From Chrysemys picta bellii (lineage: Eukaryota): a stretch of 64,000 nt of DNA. Where the stretch lies: positions 12,958,001 to 13,022,000 of the forward strand of contig NC_088812.1 of the NCBI RefSeq assembly GCF_011386835.1. Reading direction: 5' to 3'. A program made the translations under genes and the position numbers. Under the pieces are notes generated by a model that was given only the letters and a program-made list of their open reading frames with translations, was not told the DNA's origin and did not search any database. Positions 1 to 11,300 of the stretch are shown one piece after another (positions within the stretch are counted from its first letter, which is position 1; the number at the start of each line of letters is the position of its first letter).

Positions 1-330
1 GATGGATGGGGGTCCCGAGGGGGCAGAGATGGGGGGCGGGGGGTGGATGGGGGTCCCGGGGGGGGCAGAGATGGGGGGCAGAGATGGGGGCCCGGGGGGG
101 CAGAGATGGGGGGCGGGGGGTGGATGGGGGTCCCGGGGGGGGCAGAGATGGGGGGCAGAGATGGGGGCCCGGGGGGGGCAGAGATGGGGGGCGGGGGGTG
201 GATGGGGGTCCCGGGGGGGCAGAGATGGGGGGCAGAGATGGGGGCCCGGGGGGGGGGCAGAGATGGGGGGCGGGGGGCAGAGGTGGGGCAGGGGGTGGAT
301 GGGGGCCCGGGGGCGGGCGGGGCGGGCGGC
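1..330. repeat. G-rich minisatellite (GGGGGCAGAGATGGGGG...) in ANKRD52 intron 1
   Basis: Recurrent GGGGGCAGAGATGGGGG and GGGGTGGATGGGGGTCCCGG units. Confidence 0.9.
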
Positions 331-850
331 GGGGCCGGGCTCCGTCTCCTCGGGCGGGAAACTGGCAGCGCGGAGCCCGGCTCCGGCCTTGAGGCGGCGG
401 CGCCCGGCCCGGCCCGGCTCGGCTCGATCCCCTCGCCGGGCTGGGCTGGGCCGGGCCGGGCTGGGCTGGGCCGGGCCGGGCCGGAGCGGAGCGGAGCGGA
501 GCGGAGCGGGGCGGGGGGAGGCCGCTCCGGGCGCCGAGGGGCGGCTCCGCACTAGGCCGCAAATCCCCGGGCTCGCGTAGCGGGCGGGCCGGGCGGGGAG
601 CCGGGCGCGCGGGGGGAGGCGGCGGCGGCCCCGGTACCTGGTCCGTGATGCTGAGAATCCCCATGTCCGGGCCCGGGCCCCCCCGCCTCAGCGCCGAGCT
701 CCCGGCATCAGGCTCCGGCCGCGGCGGCTGCGGGGCGGGGAGGGACTGAGCCCGCCCACCGCGGGAGGCCGCCGCAGCGACCCCTGCCGGGGAGACCCGG
801 CCTCGGCCCCGGCCCCGGCCCCGGCCCCAGGCCGCTCCCGGGGCGGGCCC
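330..850. promoter_or_regulatory. CpG island / ANKRD52 promoter and first exon
   Basis: Very high CpG density around the ANKRD52 ATG, with GC boxes. Confidence 0.8.
638..664 (-). CDS. ANKRD52: First coding exon of ankyrin repeat domain 52 (PP6 regulatory ankyrin repeat subunit C); the rest of the gene lies left of the window
   Basis: The minus strand reads ATG GGG ATT CTC AGC ATC ACG GAC CAG|GTACC = MGILSITDQ, identical to the known ANKRD52 N-terminus. It lies in a CpG island, head-to-head with COQ10A as in human 12q13.3. Confidence 0.9.
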
Positions 851-1305
851 TAGCGGGGTCCCGGAATGGGGGGGGCTGGATCCCCTCAGGGGTGGGGTGC
901 CGGGCCCCGGGGAGCCCCTGGGGGGGCGGGCCTTAGGGGGGGTCCCTGAATGGGGGGGGCACTTGGATCCCCTCAGGGGTGGGGGGGCCGGGCCATGGGG
1001 AGCTCCTGGGGGGGGCGGGCCCTAGTGGGGTCCCTGAATGGGGGGCACTTGGATCCCCTCAGGGGTGGGGGGGCCGGGCCCCGGGGAGCCCCTGGGGGGG
1101 CCTTAGGGGGGTCCCGGAATGGGGGGGGCTTGGATCCCCTCAGGGGTGGGGGGGCCGGGCCCCGGGGAGCCCCTGGGGGGGGGCGGGCCCTAGCGGGGTC
1201 CCTGAATGGGGGGGCACTTGGATCCCCTCAGGGGTGGGGGTGCCGGGCCATGGGGAGCCCCGGGGGTGCCGGGCCTTAGGGGGGTCCCTGAATGGGGGGG
1301 GGGCA
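850..1305. repeat. About 85-bp G-rich minisatellite upstream of ANKRD52 (about 5.5 copies)
   Basis: GAATGGGGGG...GGATCCCCTCAGGGGTGGGG recurs at roughly 80-89 bp intervals. Confidence 0.9.
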
Positions 1306-2023
1306 CGTGTTTGCCATCATCGGGGCAGGGCAGGCAAGAGCCGCTTTTCCATGTGGGCCCATGAGTTTCCCCCAGTCCGATTCCATCGATTGACTCCACC
1401 GGAATCGGGTCCAGGCTGAGACGGGTGAGCAAACCGATACATAAACTCGGCCCACGGGTGAAGCTAGGTGCCTCGATGTTCTCCAAGGGCTAGCGATAGA
1501 GAATCAGGTGAGGAACTGCACTACCCACACATCTGATCAATTGATAGTAACCAGATGGATCTACCATCATTAACTGGTGGCTTCCAAGTGGGATGGGTTG
1601 GTAGTCCACGTGGCCACTGCAAATTAAATAAGAATTAATAGTTGCTTGAGTTATGACATTAATTCTTTGCGCTCCTAAAGTGCCCATTATCCAAGGATCC
1701 ACCAACTTGTATTTAGTATTCAGACTAAACAAATCAGATTGCTACAAGGGTGATCTCAGATTCCTTCGTTGTTGTGATGGGGAAGTCCCAGCTGAGTTAC
1801 TGTGCTAGTTACTGAACAAACACATGGTAAGAGACAATCCCTGCTCCAAAGAGTTAGAGTCTGGACAAGGCAGATAAAGGATGGAAGGGAAATGGAGAGA
1901 TGAAACATCTCACACAAGGTCATGCAGCTGTAGTGTAGACCAGGGCTTAGTATGGCCAGGAACAGAATCCAGGTCTCCTGAGTCCTACACAGGGTCTGCT
2001 CTTCTGGATCAAGCTGCCTCTCA

Positions 2024-2286
2024 GGCCTGGTCTACTCTTAAAAGGTTTGCTGATATAGATATACTGGCACCCCCTAGTGGAGACACAGCTGATTCCAGCA
2101 AAAGCGTTCTTCCACCCGTTCCCCGAATGGAATAGCTATGACCTGCCAAATATTTTTTGTTGCTGCTATAACTGTGTCTACATTAGAGCTTTTGCCAGCA
2201 CAGGTATATCGGTTAGCGGTGTGATTTTTTTCACGTTCCTAACCGACATAGCTATGCCAGTAATATTTTCTAGTGTAGACCAGGCC
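2024..2286. mobile_element. PIF/Harbinger-like MITE
   Basis: Terminal inverted repeats GGCCTGGTCTAC and GTAGACCAGGCC, with 3-bp flanks TCA/TCG. Confidence 0.7.
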
Positions 2287-4542
2287 TCGGAGAGGGAAGG
2301 TTGGTCCTTTGTGGCTAACGCACAGGTCTGGGAATCAGGAGATCTGTGTTCTACATGGACTTCACTCTCTGCTTGAACTCAGGAAACTGAGACAGAGAGA
2401 GGGTCGCACAGTGAATTGAATCTCCTAGACTTTAAGGCCAGAAGGGACCATCATGAACATGTAGTGTAGAACTCAGATCTCTTCATTCAGGTGCCTCCTA
2501 AAATCCCACTGCTTCCATCATGCCCACAAGAAATTAACTGTTAAACAAATCCAAAATCCATTCCCTCCTCTGGGCTACGCAGTTAGTGCCAGCTCTCATT
2601 TCTATGCCTGTTTTTTAGGTCCCGATCCTGCAAACACTCACTCCCAGGTGTAAATACTTCCACCTATGCACTCAGTGGGTCTACTCATGGAAGTAAGCAT
2701 TGCCCTTGAAGATGTTTTCAGGATTGGGCTGTTATATCTTCATGGCTCTTCATGCTATAGGGGTTGTTTTGAGACTTCTTTTTTATACTGTGCCTAACAC
2801 ATTGTCTTTGCTTAACAAATAATGAATCATAATAACAAAGTGGTGCTGCATGGGACCTCACATAAGCATTTCTGGGTGACTCTGATAGCGACCTCATGTG
2901 CAGCTGAAACCTGCCAGAGCCCAGGCCCGAAAAGTGGCTCACAAGTCTTTACCACGTGACCCTGGGGACACTATAGGTTCCAGCGGGCCTTGTGGCCATA
3001 AGGTTTAGCTTGATGTGGAGCATTGCATGTGGGGCCCTGTAGTCTCCACCAGCCAGCTAAAGATCAGGATGGCTTTAAGAAGCTGCCAATCTGGCTTTTG
3101 TCAGGGCCACTTTTGGGAGCCCCTTGAAGCAAAGGACTTGTTTAAATAAATAAATGATCGGTGCAACAAGATGAGCTGAATAATTGTTTTCTGCAGTTAC
3201 AAGGTGTTTCTAGTTAATTTTCCTGCCTGTGACTGTTTGGGAGGGATAACGGGGCACCGCTTTAAATTGCTACCTCCGTGTCTTGAAATAACACCCAGAG
3301 ACACATTGACATTGACTGCCATGGAGTATGGAGGGGACGTAGTCTGGGGGCTAATGTGGCAGCTTCACTCCGGGCTCTACTTTTGATCTCCGGTTGAACT
3401 GAGTTCAGAGGAGGAGGAGCCAGGAGACTATGTTTGTGCTGTTGATACTGTAGCAGGGCTATTTTTATCATGGCTTTGGACCTGCAATTAGCCGAGTGTT
3501 ACCTAACAGTGAAATCAAGGTGAAATCATAGAGCTGAAAGCCATCAAGAGCAGCTGTTGACATTTTCGCCAGTGAAATATTGCCGGGAGGAGGAAGCAGT
3601 GGAACTAGACCTTTCACGGCAGCACAAGATCATTGGACTTGTGTTTTACAGTGTATTGCTCACAACCCTTTGCCAGCCATTTGTATAGGCCTTGTGGGGT
3701 GGCCTCTCCTCCTCCTCTCACCTTGTCCGCAAAGGAAGCAAAACTGGGGGGTTCCTAGCACAATTCTCTGCGAGCTGGGATTTGAGGAGTTTTTGGTAAC
3801 TGGCTTCCCTGAAAGAAAATGGAATTAGGAGATGATTCATAGATTCCAAGTTCAAAAGGGACCATTGTGATGATGAAAATAGAGGGACAGCTGGAACTGT
3901 TTAGACAATAACTGCTAATCAGTCCCATGATATATTGCTTAAGCTTGTGGTTAAGGCATAGATCTAGGAGTCAGGACTTCTGGGTTCTCTTCATGGCTGT
4001 GACACAGGCTTCCTTTGGGCAGGTTACTTGACTTTTCTGTGCCCCAATTTCTCCATCTATAAAATGGGCATCATAATTTTAACCATCCCAAGAGGGCTCT
4101 GAGACTTTGATTTCAGTATTAGTCTGTAAAGCACTTTGAGATTCATCTTGCAAAACCAGAGCCCAACAGTAAGTGTATTTTACTATGATTTTAGTCAAAG
4201 AAAGAGCAAACATGGATAAATGGTTTGACAGGGTCACTTTTTTAGGGTGATTTCTGCAAGAAAGCCCATGGGTCCAAAGCTCACTCCGGGGAGAAGGTCA
4301 TTATGATATTATGTTGGTTGGAGGTGTGATGATGTTGTGTTGTGATGTCATGACATGGCTTCCTGGTGTGATCAGAGGATGAGCATCCTAAGGTTGATGA
4401 CGTTGCCTTGAGCCACAGCAACGTCCTGATGTGTCCGAGTCCATGACTGGGGTTCCCACCCACTGTGAAAATACAAATAATAAGGAATCATGATGACGTG
4501 ATGATATTTGGATGGGCTGTGATAATTTGATGCTCAGTCCTA

Positions 4543-4595
4543 TGGACGAGATGACCTCCCGAGGGCCCTTCCAACCCTGCTAGTCTCTGATTCTA
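4543..4595 (+). mobile_element. CR1 LINE extreme 3' end fragment
   Basis: GGACGAGATGACCTCCCGAGGGCCCTTCCAACCC...TGATTCTA matches the CR1 3' stem-loop and tail. Confidence 0.65.
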
Positions 4596-4859
4596 GGATG
4601 TCATGTTGCAGCACGATGATGTCACACGTCCCGGTGTGAGGTCAGGATGACATACGAGCATGTGCTGCTGTGTCCCAACATGGCACGGGGCGATGGCGTG
4701 TGGGGGCATGGCGCAGCGGGGCCATGGGATGATGCGGCAGCGTGATGCATCACGGGGCGATGATGCGACTGTGTCATGCTATGACATGCTGCAGCACGAC
4801 ATGAGGTCACTTTGCAGCCCATCAGCCCCCAGCTGCTGGCTGGCTTGATCACAGGCCCC

Positions 4860-5330
4860 GCCCTGCCTGCCAGATGGACTACAATTCCCATCAGGCACCT
4901 GGGCCGTCGCTATGACGCCAATGGCACCTCAGGGCGGCGGGACTACAATACCCATGATGCCCCGGGTGGCGGAGCGCAAGCGCCCAGGGCGTCACGGCGC
5001 CGGAAACTACAACCCCCATGATGCACCACGTCCCCGGGACAGCCCTGTCCTCCCAGCTCCCGCCCTGCTCCCTTCGCCTTCTCGCCCCGCCCCCTGTCTG
5101 TGACGCGGTGGGCTCTATAGTGACGCGTGACGTTGTGTGTGACGGGGGAGGGGGAGTTCAGCGCGGCGGAGCCGGTATTTGCGGCGGACGGAGCGCGGAG
5201 CCCGGACCCCTCCCCCATGGCGGCCAGGCGGCTGCGCGCGGTGCTGCGGCTGGGGGCGCGCGAGGGGCTGTGGCCGGGCGCGCCCCCGCCTGGCAGGTGA
5301 GCGGGCCCGCGGGCCGCCGGGGGGGGGGTT
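4860..5330 (+). promoter_or_regulatory. CpG island / COQ10A promoter with three ACTACAnnnCCCA motifs, a CCAAT box and four TGACG half-sites
   Basis: ACTACAATTCCCA 4878-4890, ACTACAATACCCA 4942-4954, ACTACAACCCCCA 5006-5018; CCAAT 4918-4922; TGACG at 5101, 5121, 5128 and 5140. Confidence 0.8.
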
Positions 5331-8300
5331 ATGGAGGGAGGGGGCCATGGGGGCAGGGAGGGGAGTGTCTGGGGGAGGAGCCATGGGGGCCAGGGCCCTA
5401 AGAGGGGGTCTCTGGGGGGAGGGGCCATGGGGGCAGAGAGTGGGGTTTCTGGGGGGAGGGGCCATGGGGCAGAGAGGGGGGTCTCTGGGGGGAGGGGCCA
5501 TGGGGGAAGAGAGGGGGGTCTCTGGGGGGAGGGGCCATGGGGCAGAGAGGGGGGTCTCTGGGGGAGGGGCCATGGGGGCAGAGAGGGGGGGTCTCTGGGG
5601 GGAGGGGCCCAGAGACCTCCCCCTCTGGGGGGAGGGGCCATGGGGCAGAGAGGGGGGTCTCTGGGGGAGGGGCCCAGAGACCTCCCCCTCTGGGGGGAGG
5701 GGCCATGGGGATCAGGGCCCTAAGAAGGGGTTTCTGGGGGGGGAGGGACCCAGAGAGGGGGCCTAAGGGAGGGGGGCACTTGTATGCAGCATTGGGTGCA
5801 GCGGAAGAGGCAGTGGGGACCCGGCCAGGGCCGCTCACGGCATGGGGGGTCAGGCTGGGTTGGCTGCGGCAGGGAAGTTGGTGTTTTACGTTTCGGGGAT
5901 CCGGCCCCCACACCTATTGCCAGAGAGATGGTCTTGGGGACAGCTCTGCTCCCAGCCGCACGACGTCCCTGTGGCAACTTCAGCGATTGTCCGTGGGAAG
6001 CGGTGATGCGAGGGGAATTCTTCCCGGATACTTCGCGTCTTTCAATGGAATTTAGCACCTGGAACCAAAGAACCAGATGTGAGCGGCTAGCTGGCTGCAG
6101 ACCCTCGGCAACACCCCAGGAGACTGCCTTAGCTGGCTGAAGACTAGCTCAAGGGCTTGATAGACCATGGGGGATCCATGGACCACGCATGGGCAACCGC
6201 TGGCTTAGTAAAACTTGCTGCGTCTAAATGGGATCTAGCATCACTGAAGCAAGGATGGGTCCAGCCCTAGGTCCTGCGGTTTGCTGGACAGCTGCCGGCC
6301 TTTAGGTTTACCCTTCAGGGGAGGGGAGGTGGGTGCTGGTTTCTTTAGCAACGGAAGATGTTATGATAACATGTAAAGAGCTTTCCAGGGAGTGTCTTGC
6401 TTTGCAGGAAGAGGAAATAGGATTCAGGTTCAGCAGCTGACCTCCTTTGCGAATTTCCAGACACATGGGTGCAGCCCTGCGATCAGGTGCTAGTTAAAGG
6501 GCGATCGCCGGAGACGGCGGTTTGTAAAAGTCTCTCCTCAGTCGGAAAACACGATGTTCACTCGACTTGATGATCTGAATCAAATGTCACCTCTTGCCCA
6601 GGCTTCGAGAATGAATGTCGTCCCTTTCAAAAGGCCTGGAAGTTTTGAGGGCTCGCACCTCCTCCAGGGATGACCTCTGGTGGGAGGTGCCGTGCCAGGA
6701 AGTTGCTGCAATGCATTGGTCTGTCAGGCCATCAGAGCAGTCCTGCGTCTTGGCAGGTGGGAGCAAAAAAATCAACAGCTTGGGTATAACCGAGGTGCTT
6801 TTCGAGTTCAGATGCCTCCATTAGCACTTGGGATGCTCCCAGAGCTTGGAGCCGAGAGAGTTGAAGTGGCCTCGTGCCCAGCTTTGAAATGGAGCCAGGG
6901 TGGCTGCTCGTCACTGACGTGTTGGGGATAAGAGATGCCATGTTCCTCAGGGCAGCAGCCCTCTCCTCTGCATCTGCCCAGCACCTAGCTCAGAATAAAT
7001 AACATCTTGCAGGCAATTCTTAAGTGTGTTTTGCTTTGAGACACAATACGGGAGGGCTGGCAAGGCACCCCCAGCTGAAGGCTGTGCTCTTTGCTGCCCG
7101 AATTCTTCTTGTCCGCTGCTGCACAGCGTCCGGCACAGAACTTGGAGTCTGTCCCCTGGAGAGCCTGTCCATCCACTCAGGCAGGGCTGAGGGGGCCCAG
7201 GCGACCTCTAGGCTCATGGAGAGCTCAGATGCGTTACCGAATCTGAACCACCAGCAACGTCCTTTGCACTTTCCTCTGCGCTGGAAGGAGAGGGGGCATT
7301 GGGCTGTCTGAACCTGGAGTGGCCGCAGCACAGTGGAAAAGAAAGACCTTTCCCCTCTCCTGGTGCCTCTGGGGAAGAGCGTGAGTGACCCGTTTTCAGA
7401 TGCATCTATAAATATATGTAGGCGAACAGCCTGAGTGGAAAGTTTCCAGTGATGATGGAACGCGACCCCCTGATTGTGTTGGAAGGAAGTTGCCTCTCGT
7501 TCCTAGTGTCGTTATAATGTCAAATTCGGAACTTCAGGACTTCTTGTTTATTTTGTTGGCATTGAACCAATGGGATAAAACCCGACCAGTCTGTACTGCG
7601 GGTTGGGAGTCAGGAACTCCTAGGTTCTATTCCTGGCTGTGGGCGAGTCGCATTGCCGCCCTGTGCCTCAGTCTCCCCAGCTGGGTATAGTCACTGAATG
7701 GTCTGTTGCTGGCTTGCACGTAAGTGCCGCCTGCTGCCTCCAGCACCAGGGTCAAGTGGCGAAGAAGGGGGAGCGTTCGCCGTCGCACTCTGGATCTCGA
7801 CGCTGACTCTGGGGTTGTGGGAGATCAACCGTCTGTCCAGGCTGTCGTGGGAGGCCAACCACTCCACCAGCGCAGCTCAAAGGGTGGGTCAGACCCCCCG
7901 CCTGCCAGTGAAACGAGCGGAAGCCCGCTCCCGGCGTGCACAAACATTCCAACGGGAGGGCCGTTCACCGCCTCTGGACTGTTTGCAGGAGAGCGGTCAC
8001 ATGTTGCTGGCTTCCCTTCTGTGTTTGTGATTCTCCTCTTGTCTGTGGTTGGCGTGCCAGGCTCTGAGGATCAAGGAACAAAACCACCAGCTGAAATTTC
8101 ATCAGGGGGCGAGGTCCAGAGGACAAACTCCGAATGGAATACAAGGGAATTAGAAGCATGACCTGGGTAATGAGCTCTGCCTCTGACAGGCTGGTGACCT
8201 TGGCAGATAAGTCCTGTTTTCAGTCAGTACCTCAGTTTCCTCATCTATCAATCGGCGAGAACGCTGACCCACCGTGGAGAAGAACCCACAGAACCCAGCA

Positions 8301-11300
8301 TAAATCGCACCTAACCAGCCCACAGTTATTGTCAATGACCCACATTTTCCAGAGCGCCTTTCGTCCAAAGCTACCGGAGCGGCTGTAGACCGCTGAAAGG
8401 CGGCCACGCTGAGGATGGGAAGTAGCAACCAGGGCTGTGGAGCCGAGAGGAAATCTTGGCCAGTCGCTGCTCTTTCGGAAAGCGCCAGGGATTGCTAACG
8501 TCCAGGCAGGGCAGGGCAGGGCAAACCAAGCCTCTGGGCCTTGAGACATCCTGCCAGGACGCTGACTCCCGCTCCTCCACCCGAACTCTCTGCTTGGCAG
8601 CATAGCCGCCGGGTATGGTTATGCACCGATGGGTCACTGGTACAGCAGGGTGTTCTTACAGGGCCTGCGGAGAGCGGAGGAAACCTGCTAGAGTGGCACG
8701 TTGCTTCCCTGCCACCCCCCTTCTCAAGAAATCCAGATCCCCTCGGCCCCTGCATTGGTGCCCGTGTTTGCCCCATATTGATGCGGAGGGGGGCAGAGCT
8801 CAGCAATGTGCCCTGTGTTTCACCAGCCACCCTGACTAAGGAGATGGGGCAACCGTGGTCCCTGTGCCTCAGAGCGGGCCCTTCCTGGTGGCACCGGACC
8901 CTCCTCTCCCCTCTGGTGCCCGGCTCCAAGGACTTGCCACTCCTTATTGGCTTTCCGCCGGCTCAGCTGACGGCTGGTCCTGTGAATGAACCTCTCCTCC
9001 TCCTGCTCTGAGCTGCCCTCCTGATGGGCGGGTCTAATGGCAGCTGTTGCGTCAGGCCGGCTGGGCACAGGGGAGGGGCCGCCTGCCTCTTGACTCAGCA
9101 GCAGGTGATCTGCAGCAGGAAGGAGGTGGTCAGGGTCACCCTCGCTGCCCTCCCCAGCTGCCTTCACAAAGATCTGAGTGAGCACAAGCAGGAGGGGATG
9201 TAAACTGCCACTGTGTCTGAGCGCCCGCCCTGCCCGCCAGCCGCCCGCCAGCCGCCCGGCCTGCCCGCAGGAGAGCCCGCCCTGCCCGCCAGCCGCTCAC
9301 CCTGCCCTACCATGGGGGGCTTGTTTGGGGCCACGAACTGCTGGCCAGTGAGCTAGTGGGAGCAAGCTCCCCCCTGAGCCAGGGCTGACCCCGTTGCGGT
9401 GCTGTGCTGCAGGGAGCAGGATGAGTGAGGGAGCAGGGGGGCGCTCTCCCCTCAGAGACAGGGCTGATCCCAGGGCCCCCTCCCGGTGCTGTCTGTCAGA
9501 TGATCAGACTTCAAAGCTCAGGTCTGGGTCGTTTGTGCTCGTTCCTGCTGAGGGCATTCTGTGCCAAAAAAAATTAAAATTCTGCAAAATTCTGCCAGTT
9601 TTACTTGTCAAATAAATGTGGAGGCTCCAGCATGGCCTTGGGGAGCACAGGCCGCTGGCTGCAAGGAGGTGGGAGATCACTGTTCAGCTTCCCCCCGGGA
9701 CACAGACTCAGCGATGCGGCTGCACCCAACCCAGACAGCGCAAGGACTGGGCCTGCCCCAGAAACACCCCAGGGTCCTGACCCTCTGTGCCAAGTGCACC
9801 AGGTGTGGGCAGGCAGGCACAGCAAGGCGGGATCCAAGTGTGGAGGAGCACAGTGTGGGGGGATCCAGATGTGGGTTGAGAGGGTTCTGTGGGGGGCAAT
9901 CTGGGTGCATGTGGCTTAGTGGGGGATTCAGGTGCAGGAGGATCTGGTTGCACAGGGGCTTGTTGGGGGTCTCTGGGTGCAATGGTAATGGAACTCTGCA
10001 GGGGGGTTCAGGTGAAGATGGGGGTCCAGGTGAAGGTGGCTGGTGCTCAGCAGGGGGGTCTGGGTATGGTGGGGATAGAGCTTGTTAGGGGGTCTGGGTA
10101 GGTGGACTGTGCGGGACTCAGTAGTGGGGTCCAGATGCTGAGGGGGGTGGGGTTGGTACAATAGGGATCCAGGTGCGGGTGGCTTGTCGGGGTGGTCCAG
10201 GTGCAGGGGGAGTGGGGCTCATCGTTGGGGGGTTTCTGGGTGTGAGGGGGGGTGGGCCTCAGCGGGAGGGTCTGGGTATGAGGGGGTTTGGATGCATGGG
10301 TGTTAGACGGATGGGGGAGCAGCTCCCTGAAAAGTGATCCCTCCCCCTGCAATTCAGGAGCGATGGGTACAGGAAGTGAAGGGGAGGGGCATTGCAGAGC
10401 TTCCTACCAGCTGTTGGAGAAATCTGGGGGTGGGTCCGACACGGCCCTGGATGCCATGCAGGGGCAGAGGAAGTCCCGTCCTCCACAGCCCAGACAGGAC
10501 TAGCAGCTGAGCCTGGCGCAGGGTAGGAGCCACCAGCCGGGTCTTCCCTAGTCTTGCCCACTGCCCCACAGTGATTTACCTCTCTGCCGGCTGTCCTGGG
10601 CACCTGAAACATACTGATGAGGAGGGTCACATGACTGCTCTTGTGGCCTCCCTTTGCTTCCCCATCAGAAAGTAATTTTTCTGCGGGGAGGCAAAGAAAT
10701 CTGCGGGGGGACATAAATTCTGCGCACGCGCAGTGGCGCAGAATTCCCCCAGGAGTAGCTCATTAAACATCCCCTTGGTGGGAGCAGGCGTCAGCGGCAC
10801 CTTCACTGTGAGACGGGAGTCGGTGTCGCTCCCTGCCACAAACTGGTCGGTAGAGTTGCTGCGTCACTAAACCGCTGCCAGGTCCCAGCCCAGCGGTGGC
10901 CGCATGGGAGCGGTGAAGCGATCGCAGCATGCAGCGTGGCCATACAGCACGTAGGGGCCGATAGGTCCCCAGGGGAACGAGATTGGCATGCGAGAGGGAA
11001 TTGCCTCGTCCTGGCTGGGGAGGGTGTTTCGCCGCCTTCGTCTCCCGCAGCCTCACTCTGCTTTAGAGGCTTTGGGCCTAGCTAGTCTCAGCCTCAGGTG
11101 ACCTCTCGAAGGGGAGTAGCACCTAGCTCCCTTCCTCTGCCTGGCCAGGCGGGCGCCGGTCGGTCTCTGCTAACCCCGACCCGTTTCCAGTTGCAGGGCC
11201 GTGTCTGTCTGCGGGATTCTGCTGAGCCGGGTGCCTTGGGCAATAAACAGCCTGGACTGGGGCCCCTGCAGCCCGCACAGCCGGACGTTCATCAACCTCA

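Noticed and set aside
2-1419. Long Gly/Pro-rich ORFs (192, 170, 146 aa and others)
   Set aside because: They are translations of G-rich minisatellites that lack stops. They are open in several frames and resemble no real protein.
1190-1732. Two same-frame minus-strand ORFs separated by a single TAG (possible pseudogene or stop read-through)
   Set aside because: No recognisable homology or splice structure, and the downstream half runs into a VNTR. A tBLASTn search would be needed to revive it.
7443-7485. C-box (GTGATGA) and D-box (CTGA) with flanking TTCCA/TGGAA
   Set aside because: Only about 15 nt separate the boxes, far too short for a C/D snoRNA.
6587-9185. Several 60-156 aa ORFs in COQ10A intron 1 (for example 7724-8161) suggesting a nested gene
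   Set aside because: No coherent exon chain, codon pattern or known motif. The lengths are expected by chance at this GC content.
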